The position numbers were made by a program, and so were the translations under genes. Below the pieces are notes generated by a model. The model was not told where the DNA came from and ran no database searches. It saw only the letters and a program-made list of their open reading frames with translations. A stretch of DNA of 64,000 nt, from positions 375-64,374 of the forward strand of contig LCEC01000001.1 of NCBI GenBank assembly GCA_000997475.1, read 5' to 3'. The DNA is from Parcubacteria group bacterium GW2011_GWB1_42_6. Lineage in GTDB: Bacteria > Patescibacteriota > Minisyncoccia > Portnoybacterales > GWB1-42-6. Numbering within the stretch: the first letter of the stretch is position 1; the number at the start of each line of letters is the position of its first letter. Shown piece after piece: positions 56,508-64,000 of the stretch.

Positions 56508-56539
56508 AAAAAACTCTCTCGTTTGTCGAGGGAGTTTTT
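56508..56539. terminator. Terminator of the ribosomal operon
   Basis: AAAAACTCTCTCG-loop-CGAGGGAGTTTTT. Confidence 0.8.
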
Positions 56540-56622
56540 GATTGACTTATAATCATTGGTATATTAATATAATTAACATTCAAATAATGGGCTGTTCTTG
56601 CAATTTTAACAAGGAGGAAAAG

Positions 56623-56922
56623 GTGGAAAGGAATGCAGAAAAACTGATTTGTCAGGTTGAGGCGAATGCGAGAAATGCCGCTTATGCGCTTTGTCTTCGC
56701 GTATTTGCCCTTATCACGGTCCTTATTGCTTTAGAGACTCGGATAAGAACATTGTATCGGCCATCAGATTTGTGGGTTTTATTATTTCTTTCGTTTTTAT
56801 ACATTGTTCTTTCTTTCAAACTCTCTTTTGATATAAAAAGGGAGAAAGAAGAAATAAACTCAAGGGAACTTGTAAAACACGCTTTGACTTACGATAGAGC
56901 AGGTTCGGATAATGAGATATAA
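56623..56922 (+). CDS. Small hypothetical membrane protein (2 TM)
   Basis: AAGGAGG RBS before GTG 56623; terminator at 56923-56954. Confidence 0.6.
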   Translation: MERNAEKLICQVEANARNAAYALCLRVFALITVLIALETRIRTLYRPSDLWVLLFLSFLYIVLSFKLSFDIKREKEEINSRELVKHALTYDRAGSDNEI

Positions 56923-57050
56923 AAAAAATCCCCGAGAAAAACTCGGGGATTTTTAAATTCTTGACTTATTTACATAAGAGGATCAATAATTAGTTTAAGC
57001 GCGAGGTTTCGATCTCGCTTGCCCTCTCACAATCACACAAGGAGGAGACC

Positions 57051-57809
57051 ATGGCTTCGGTCGGGTCTAAAGAGAAGAAAAGCAGAGCAAGGGTGCTTCT
57101 CGATTTTGCTCTTGGGGAAAAGCGTGTTTCTCTGGGCGGATTGTCTTTTTCGGAATTTGATGTTTTTTTGGAAGAAGTTCTGAAAATTGTTGACTTGCGG
57201 GAGATACGCGGTTTCGTGCCGCTAAGAGATCTCCTGACGATTAAACCCGAGGCGGTTATTGGAAGGACAAGAATCCACACTCTCGACATTGAGCAACTTG
57301 GTGCGGCTTCGGAGTTGCGCTTTTCGGCATATGAGTTTGAAAAAAATCCGCCGGATTTGGATTCTCATGTGTTAAGAATTTCGCGCGGTTGGAATTTCCA
57401 CGATATTGTTTATAAAAGATACGAATCCGAAGAGGAAACTCAAGACCGGGAGACCGCTCAATCGTGGGGAAATTCGTCTTACCATGCTTCGGGAAAGGGG
57501 ACATTTTTGGTTGTTTGCCGGCCGCCCAATCACACCGGCGCGGAACAAAATTTGGCAATAATAGATTTTTTTTACAGAAAAGTTCCGCATAAGCCCAAGC
57601 ATGTTGTGCATAAAGTTCACGCGACTTTTCTTCCGATTGGGAAATTCAGGCATTATTTCGGCCAGTCTTATCCCAAGATGGCTTGGGAAATAATAAGTGA
57701 ATTAAGAACCGCTTGCTCTCGGACGGCCGCCGATCTGAGATCTCAAGCGACCGCCATGGAGAGGGACGAAACAAATCTGAAAAGAATCACAGAATCAACA
57801 ACCTCGTGA
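57051..57809 (+). CDS. Hypothetical protein
   Basis: AAGGAGG RBS; 252-aa ORF; hairpin at 57830-57854. Confidence 0.7.
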   Translation: MASVGSKEKKSRARVLLDFALGEKRVSLGGLSFSEFDVFLEEVLKIVDLREIRGFVPLRDLLTIKPEAVIGRTRIHTLDIEQLGAASELRFSAYEFEKNPPDLDSHVLRISRGWNFHDIVYKRYESEEETQDRETAQSWGNSSYHASGKGTFLVVCRPPNHTGAEQNLAIIDFFYRKVPHKPKHVVHKVHATFLPIGKFRHYFGQSYPKMAWEIISELRTACSRTAADLRSQATAMERDETNLKRITESTTS

Positions 57810-57873
57810 TTTTTTGCAGAATAACAATAAAGCCGGTTCAAAAAGAGCCGGCTTATTTTTATTCTTTAAAAAA

Positions 57874-58899
57874 TCAAAAATTTTCCGAAAGATAATAGAA
57901 ATTTTCATTGCCAAAATCGTAATAAATTTGAGGGGATTTGGCGGTGATAAAATCGGCGATATTGCGGCGGTCGCGGCCGTCAAGCTCGATAATTTTTATT
58001 TTATTTTCAATCACAAAGCAAATATGATCGTTGTCCGGATAAAAAATCGCTTGTTCGATTTTTTGGGCAAAACGGGTGATCATTTCTTTCTCGCCCGGCT
58101 TCTTGTAGGGCTGGAGCATTATTTCTTCCGCGTATAGAACCCAAATTTCGCTTTCCGAAAAAAACAGCAATCTTTTGTTATCATTGGAAAATTCCGCGCC
58201 GATGATTCCCGAAGCGATTGATTCAAGAATTTTCATTTCATCGTTTAACAAAAACAGTTCCTTTTGGGGAGTAATGACAGCGAATTTGTTTCGGTCGTTG
58301 GACGCGATAATTTCATAAGAAGAATGTTCCGGCAGGGGATTTTTTGAAATTTGTTCTTTGAGGGAGCCGTTTAAATTTGATCTGTAGAGATTGCGGTTTT
58401 CTTCGGAAATATAAAAAATTTCGTTATCTTTCAAAATCCAGCCCGGGGTGCTGGACGCGGCATTTAAAGCTTGTCCTTGCTTTTTTTTATTGCCGGAATT
58501 TTCCAAAAAATCTTTTATTGTGGTGGTGGCATTTTGGCTTAAAAGTTCGGCTTGCGGATTGGTCGGTATAAGCAAAACGCTTCTTGCTTCAGTGACGAGC
58601 TTGGGAGAAATATTAAGATTTTTTTCCCAGGAATGATAACCTTCCATTTCTATTTTTACGTTATAGGCGCGCGGAGCCAGATGTGAAAAAAGAGAAGGAG
58701 TTCTTCTTTCTTTTTCTCCATCAATAAAGATTTGCGCCTGGTTGGGCGTTGATTTGATATAAAGCCCTCCGGTTTTGGCCAGCCGCCAATTTTTCCAGTC
58801 AAACGAATAACCCGCCGTGTAGAGAATCGTGGGCGGGACGCTTATGAGAAATATAAGCACAAACAGGTAAAAAATCAGCCGTCGTTTGTTTCTGGTCAT
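57874..58899 (-). CDS. PEGA-domain membrane-anchored protein with beta-propeller-like C-terminal part
   Basis: N-terminal TM, TGGLYIKSTP..AQIFIDG, Y.V.I..EGY.SW.K, IELDG. Confidence 0.8.
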   Translation of the reverse strand: MTRNKRRLIFYLFVLIFLISVPPTILYTAGYSFDWKNWRLAKTGGLYIKSTPNQAQIFIDGEKERRTPSLFSHLAPRAYNVKIEMEGYHSWEKNLNISPKLVTEARSVLLIPTNPQAELLSQNATTTIKDFLENSGNKKKQGQALNAASSTPGWILKDNEIFYISEENRNLYRSNLNGSLKEQISKNPLPEHSSYEIIASNDRNKFAVITPQKELFLLNDEMKILESIASGIIGAEFSNDNKRLLFFSESEIWVLYAEEIMLQPYKKPGEKEMITRFAQKIEQAIFYPDNDHICFVIENKIKIIELDGRDRRNIADFITAKSPQIYYDFGNENFYYLSENF

Positions 58900-59002
58900 A
58901 GGTGAATTATAGCCATGAAACGGCTTAAAAATCAATGTTATATTTTCCTTGCCAGATGTGTTTCTTTAAACTAAGATAAAAGAAAGAGAGGTTGAAATTT
59001 TT

Positions 59003-60271
59003 ATGGATAAATTCATTATAAACGGCGGGCGTCCTCTTGCGGGCGAAATTGAGGTGCGAGGCTCCAAAAACGCGGCTACGCCGATTTTGGCCGCCTGTCT
59101 TTTAACCGAAGAGCCCTGCGAAATAGACAATTTGCCTTTGATCGAGGATGTGTTTAGAATTATAGAAATTCTTAAAAGCATGGGTGTCGAGATTGAATGG
59201 ACCGGCCAAAGAAAAATAAAAGTTCAAGCAAAAAACATTAATCCCGGGCAAATTGATCAGCATAAAGTTTGCCAATTGAGATCGTCGATTTTAATAATCG
59301 GCGGACTTTTGGGCAGATTCGATGATTTCAAAATCGGCCATCCCGGCGGCTGCATTATCGGGAGCCGGCCGGTGGAAACCCATTTTGAAGCTTTGATAAA
59401 ATTAGGCATTAATGTTTCGGAGGAAAACAATTTTTATCAAATAAAAAAGAACGATTCCCAAGATTCCGTTTCCAGAAAAATTGTTTTAAAAGAATTTTCC
59501 GTAACCGCGACGGAGAATGTTTTAATGGCCTCGGTTCTTAGACCCGGGAAAACTATTTTGCGTATCGCGGCGGCCGAACCGCATGTAAAAGAATTGGCCG
59601 TTTTTTTGAATAAAATGGGAGCAAGAATCAGCGGGGTCGGCGCTCATGAAATTGAAATTGAAGGAGTAAAAAAATTAAAAGGCGCCGATCATTTTATTAT
59701 GCCTGATCCGATTGAGGCGGGAACTTTTATTATCGCGGCGGCTGCCACGCGGGGAAAAGTAAGGATAATTAACGCGATTCCCGATCACCTCGATTCGGTT
59801 TTGGAGAAGTTGAGGGAAATGGGAGTTAATCTCTCGGTTGAAAATGGCAGCGTTTCAGTGGGCAGTTCTTCGCGTTTTAAGGCGGCTAAAATCCAGGCCT
59901 TGCCTTTTCCGGGAATTCCAACCGATTTGCAAGCGCCGATAGCTGTTCTTTGCACGCAAGCCGAGGGGACAAGTTTAATCCACGATCCTTTATATGAAGG
60001 TCGGTTTAAATACATAAATGAACTGGTAAAAATGGGAGCCAGCGCCACAATTCTTGATCCTCATCGGGCGGTAATCACCGGACCGTCTTTTTTGTCGGGA
60101 AAAGAAATTACCAGTTTTGATTTGCGAGCTGGCGCCACTTTGATCATCGCGGCGCTGGTAGCCAAAGGCGAATCGCGAATTTCCGAAATTTACCAAGTTG
60201 ACAGAGGGTATGAAAAAATAGAAGAAAGGCTTTCGGCTTTGGGAGCGGATATAAGAAGAGTAAAAGAATAA
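59003..60271 (+). CDS. murA: UDP-N-acetylglucosamine 1-carboxyvinyltransferase
   Basis: GSKNA, PGGCIIGSRP, SVTATEN, DPIEAGT, DLRAG, DRGYE. Confidence 0.96.
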   Translation: MDKFIINGGRPLAGEIEVRGSKNAATPILAACLLTEEPCEIDNLPLIEDVFRIIEILKSMGVEIEWTGQRKIKVQAKNINPGQIDQHKVCQLRSSILIIGGLLGRFDDFKIGHPGGCIIGSRPVETHFEALIKLGINVSEENNFYQIKKNDSQDSVSRKIVLKEFSVTATENVLMASVLRPGKTILRIAAAEPHVKELAVFLNKMGARISGVGAHEIEIEGVKKLKGADHFIMPDPIEAGTFIIAAAATRGKVRIINAIPDHLDSVLEKLREMGVNLSVENGSVSVGSSSRFKAAKIQALPFPGIPTDLQAPIAVLCTQAEGTSLIHDPLYEGRFKYINELVKMGASATILDPHRAVITGPSFLSGKEITSFDLRAGATLIIAALVAKGESRISEIYQVDRGYEKIEERLSALGADIRRVKE

Positions 60272-60379
60272 AATTTCCAATTATCAATTTTCAATCAATA
60301 TCAAATATTTAATATTGAAAATTGCTTTGCCCTTTGAAACTCAAATTCCGATTTGAGCGAAGAAGGGGATTATTGAAAA

Positions 60380-61402
60380 TTGAAAATTAATAGCTTGTTT
60401 ATAAAAAAAATAGGAATTGACCTGGGAACGGCCAATACCCTGGTTTATGTGCCGGGAAAAGGCATTATCATCAACGAACCTACGGTAGTGGCTGTTTCCA
60501 TCAGCGACAATAAAATTCTGGCGGTAGGCAACGAAGCCAGAGAAATGCTCGGCCGCACACCCGATGCGATTATGGCTTTGCGTCCGATGAAAGACGGAGT
60601 GATTGCCGATTATCGGGTGACGGAAGCGATGCTTCGCTATTTTATAAATAAAACCGCCGGATCCCTGCGTTTTTTCAGGCCGGAAGTCATGGTGGCGGTT
60701 CCCGCGGGAATAACTTCAACTGAAAAGCGCGCGGTGGTGGATGCCACTCTTAATGCCGGCGCCAAAGCGGCTTATGTGGTTAAGGAGCCGGTTTTGGCCG
60801 CTATCGGGGCGGGGATTCCAATTAACGAACCGGCCGGGCATATGATTATTGATATCGGCGGGGGGACTTCGGAAGTGGCCGTGATTTCTTTGGGAGGAAT
60901 CGTGGCTTGCGCTTCGGCAAGAGTCGGCGGCAATAAAATCGATCAATCGATTGCCGAATATATCCGCAAAAAACATAATTTGGCCATTGGCGAAAGAATG
61001 GCCGAAGAAATAAAATTTACCATCGGCTCGGCTCTTCCGCAAAAAGACGAACAGAAAATGGACGTAAGAGGCAGGGATTTAATAGCCGGCTTGCCAAAAA
61101 CGATTGAAATAAAAAGCAACGAAGTCACAGAAGCGATTTCCGAAAATCTGCGCGAGGTGATCGTGGCGATAAAAAGCGTTTTGCAAAATACTCCTCCCGA
61201 ACTTTCGGCGGATATTATCGATCGGGGAATGATTATTTCCGGAGGCGGGGCATTGTTGCGGAATATGCCGGAGCTTATTGAAAAAGCTACCGGTGTTGCT
61301 TGTTACGCGGCCGAAAATCCGCTTTTTTGCGTGGCCAAGGGCGCGGGAATAGCCCTGGAGCATTTGGAAATTTATAAGAGAAGCGTGATGTCGAAGAAAT
61401 AG
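60380..61402 (+). CDS. mreB: Rod shape-determining protein MreB (start may be TTG 60395)
   Basis: IGIDLGTANT, DGVIAD, IDIGGGTSE, TPPELS.DI, GGGALL. Confidence 0.96.
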   Translation: MKINSLFIKKIGIDLGTANTLVYVPGKGIIINEPTVVAVSISDNKILAVGNEAREMLGRTPDAIMALRPMKDGVIADYRVTEAMLRYFINKTAGSLRFFRPEVMVAVPAGITSTEKRAVVDATLNAGAKAAYVVKEPVLAAIGAGIPINEPAGHMIIDIGGGTSEVAVISLGGIVACASARVGGNKIDQSIAEYIRKKHNLAIGERMAEEIKFTIGSALPQKDEQKMDVRGRDLIAGLPKTIEIKSNEVTEAISENLREVIVAIKSVLQNTPPELSADIIDRGMIISGGGALLRNMPELIEKATGVACYAAENPLFCVAKGAGIALEHLEIYKRSVMSKK

Positions 61403-61501
61403 TATGCGAATCGCGCAAATTCATGCGAATTGCGCACATGCGAATAAAATGCGAATCCCATTCGAGGCATTTGAATAAAATTCGTAGATTGGAATTATAT
61501 T
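61403..61501. repeat. GCGAAT-repeat element; 3' end shared with 55077-55184
   Basis: atttgaataaaatt(c/t)gta(g/a)attggaattatatt directly before the ATG in both copies. Confidence 0.7.
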
Positions 61502-62605
61502 ATGACTATTGGCATTAACGCCTCGGCGGCTGTCAAAAAGAATAGAACCGGAGTGGAAGAATACGCTTATCAGCTCATAAAGCATTTGGCGATGATTCCC
61601 GAGTCCCAAAAGCATCGTTTTTTTCTATATTTGCCATCCGCAGTTTTAGCAAAGGAAGGTTTGCCCGACAATGTTTTTGATTTTTCTTTCCCTGAAAATT
61701 TTATAATAAAAAAACTTTGGTGGCCGCTGCCTTTCTTCTGGACGCAAATAAGATTGTCTCTGGAAATGATTTTTTTTGCGCCGGACGTTCTTTTCATCCC
61801 CGTTCATATTTTGCCTTTCATTCATCCAAAAAAATCCATTGTTTGTGTTCACGGCCTTGAATATGAATATCTGCGCGGATTCTATTCTTTTTCCCATCGT
61901 TTGTTTTTGCGTTGGAGCACCAAATTTTCCGCCGCGAAATCTTTCCGGATAATCGCGGTTTCTCAAAATACCAAGAACGATTTGGCAAAAATATATAAGA
62001 CAGATACTGATAAAATAAAAGTGGTAAAACACGGGATTTCCTTTCCCCCTTTAGAAAGGGGGATTAAGGGGGATTTTTTAAGGAAGAAAGAAAAATATAT
62101 TTTATATCTAGGCCGCATCGAAACCAAGAAGAATATCCAAGGAATTATTGAAGCGTATGAAATTCTGAATAACAAATATAGCATTCACCACAAGCTTGTT
62201 TTAGCCGGTTCAAAAGGATACGGCCATAAGAATTTAAAAATACCGAGCGATGTGATTCAGACCGGATTCGTGAGCCAAGAAAAAAAAGAAGTCTTGATGA
62301 ACAACGCCGCAATATTTCTATTTCCCTGTTTTTACGAGGGTTTTGGTTTGCCGATTCTTGAAGCTCAAGCGGCGGGAATTCCCGTCGTGACTTCTTATAA
62401 TTCTTCAATGCCGGAAGTGGCCGGGGAAGGGGCTTTATTTGTTGATCCGCGCAATCCGGCTCAAATCGCCCGGGCCGTTAAAAAAATAATTGACGACAAT
62501 CTCTTGCGTGATAAACTGATACAATCGGGATTTGAGAACATAAAAAAATTTTCTTGGGAAAAATGCGCTCGGGAAACGCTGGATTTTTTAAGCAGCTTGG
62601 AATAG
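61502..62605 (+). CDS. Glycosyltransferase family 4 (two in-frame palindromic insertions)
   Basis: TGVEEY, GRIE.KKN, YEGFGLPILEAQAAG.PV, FSWEK.ARE. Confidence 0.92.
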   Translation: MTIGINASAAVKKNRTGVEEYAYQLIKHLAMIPESQKHRFFLYLPSAVLAKEGLPDNVFDFSFPENFIIKKLWWPLPFFWTQIRLSLEMIFFAPDVLFIPVHILPFIHPKKSIVCVHGLEYEYLRGFYSFSHRLFLRWSTKFSAAKSFRIIAVSQNTKNDLAKIYKTDTDKIKVVKHGISFPPLERGIKGDFLRKKEKYILYLGRIETKKNIQGIIEAYEILNNKYSIHHKLVLAGSKGYGHKNLKIPSDVIQTGFVSQEKKEVLMNNAAIFLFPCFYEGFGLPILEAQAAGIPVVTSYNSSMPEVAGEGALFVDPRNPAQIARAVKKIIDDNLLRDKLIQSGFENIKKFSWEKCARETLDFLSSLE

Positions 62606-62616
62606 GAGGATGAGCT

Positions 62617-62799
62617 ATGGAAGAGAAGCAAATAATATCTCCCCATGACGCCGCGGGAAGATGCGAAAAATGTTCCAAAGTAATTTTTGGATGTTGCTCC
62701 GAAGGATTTGCTCTGTGTCCGGATTGCGGCGAACCGGTCAAGCTTGATCCGATAAAGCATCGCGGACCGTGCGGAGGTTCTTTGGAGAAAATCCACTGA
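62617..62799 (+). CDS. Small cysteine-rich (zinc-ribbon-like) protein
   Basis: GGAGG RBS; CEKC, CC, CPDC, C; terminator at 62808-62833. Confidence 0.55.
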   Translation: MEEKQIISPHDAAGRCEKCSKVIFGCCSEGFALCPDCGEPVKLDPIKHRGPCGGSLEKIH

Positions 62800-62871
62800 C
62801 AAGTCAAAAAAGGAGCGGAGAATCCGCTCCTTTATTATTATAATCGATTAATTTTAAAAAATAATTTGCCC

Positions 62872-64000
62872 GTGAAAATAGCTTTAATCCATGATTTTTT
62901 GATCAGATTCGGAGGAGCGGAGAGGGTGCTTTTGGAATTGGCGCGAATGTTTCCGGAAGCGCCCATTTATACCCTGCTTTATGATAAAGAAAAAATGTCC
63001 CAATGGTTTGAACCGGAAAGGGTAAAAGTTTCTTTTTTGCAAAAATTCCCCCGCTTTTTGCGCCGAAATCATAAATTGCTTTTGCCTTTGATGATAGTGG
63101 CGCCGGAAACCTTTGATTTGCGGGATTTTGATTTGGTTATTTCTTCTTCATCCGCTTATGCCAAAGGAGTAATCACGAGGCCTAAAACCATCCATATAAA
63201 TTATTGCCATAATCCGGCGAGGTTTATTTGGGATTATTCTTTTGAATATTTAAAAGAACAAGAGTTGGGTTTAATAAGCGGAGCTATTTCCAGAATATTT
63301 TTCAGCTATTTTCGCCTTTGGGACCGTTCGGCGAGCAAACGGGTGGATTATTTTATCGCCAATTCCCAATCTACGGCGCGGCGCATCCGGAAATATTACC
63401 GCCGTGATTCAAGAATAATATTTCCGCCTTGCCGGATTCCCCAAAACGGATTTAATGTCTGCGAAAAAAATTTGCAAGACATGGGCGCTGTTTTGCCAAA
63501 TGATTTCTTTTTGATAATTTCCCAGCTCGCTCCTTATAAAAAAATAGACGCGGCGGTTGAGGCTTTTAATAAGCTCGGCTTGCCTTTGATTGTTATTGGC
63601 GATGGTCCGCAAAAAAAATATTTGCAAAAAATTGCCAAATCCAACGTAAAAATCATGGGCTGGCTGGATGACAAAGAAACTTTTCAGTATCTTCGGGGCT
63701 GCCAAGCCTTAATTTTTTCGGGCGAGGATGATTTTGGCATTGCGCCGGTTGAGGCGATGGGTTTTGGCAAGCCTGTTTTGGCGCTAAATCGCGGCGGAGC
63801 ATTGGAAACGGTGATTCCCGGAAAAACCGGAGAATTTTTTGATTCGCCCACGCCCGAAGTCATAGCTGAAGGAGTGCGGCGCTTGCGCGAAAATATGCCC
63901 GAATACGATCCTATGGAAATTCATAACCATGTCAAACAATTTTCGGCGGAGAGGTTTAGAGAAGAGATAAAACAATTTATCGGTGAAAAATATCGATTGG
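62872..64000 (+). CDS. Glycosyltransferase family 4, 3' partial (not in the ORF track)
   Basis: GTG start; KIALIHDFL..FGGAERV, YCHNPARF.W, EDDFGIAPVEAM..GKPV. Confidence 0.9.
   Translation, partial: MKIALIHDFLIRFGGAERVLLELARMFPEAPIYTLLYDKEKMSQWFEPERVKVSFLQKFPRFLRRNHKLLLPLMIVAPETFDLRDFDLVISSSSAYAKGVITRPKTIHINYCHNPARFIWDYSFEYLKEQELGLISGAISRIFFSYFRLWDRSASKRVDYFIANSQSTARRIRKYYRRDSRIIFPPCRIPQNGFNVCEKNLQDMGAVLPNDFFLIISQLAPYKKIDAAVEAFNKLGLPLIVIGDGPQKKYLQKIAKSNVKIMGWLDDKETFQYLRGCQALIFSGEDDFGIAPVEAMGFGKPVLALNRGGALETVIPGKTGEFFDSPTPEVIAEGVRRLRENMPEYDPMEIHNHVKQFSAERFREEIKQFIGEKYRL

Overview
Bacterial genomic DNA that reads normally in genetic code 11. The gene content is typical of Patescibacteria/CPR, probably Parcubacteria (inference from a short AlaRS, an EF-P with an RMQQRKP tip, a sigma70-r4/HARE-HTH protein, a VirD4-like ATPase with a CxxC-x17-CxxC domain, and baseplate-J-like and PEGA proteins). 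1-20 kb is a large nonulosonic-acid surface-glycan cluster: 2x NeuB, 2x NeuA, a broken NeuC, NeuD, dehydratase plus aminotransferase, a WbuXYZ-type amidotransferase trio, three methyltransferases, a B12 radical SAM enzyme and a priming glycosyltransferase. 20-64 kb is mostly housekeeping: murB, hpf, a pdaD/DHS-like/speB polyamine operon, secA, secDF, efp, mnmA, alaS, the infA-rpsI ribosomal operon, murA, mreB and two GT4 enzymes. These are interspersed with promoter-gene-terminator cassettes and one IS200-type element. Two things stand out. (1) A ~1.7 kb island without credible long ORFs (45.0-46.75 kb) appears to hold four separately transcribed, heavily base-paired putative non-coding RNAs, each with its own sigma70 promoter and terminator, and none recognisable as a known housekeeping RNA. 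(2) Several families of short palindromic elements fill intergenic spacers, nest inside each other, and are inserted in frame in secA (3x), alaS (2x), speB and a glycosyltransferase (2x). All calls come from reading motifs by eye; no searches or folding programs were run.
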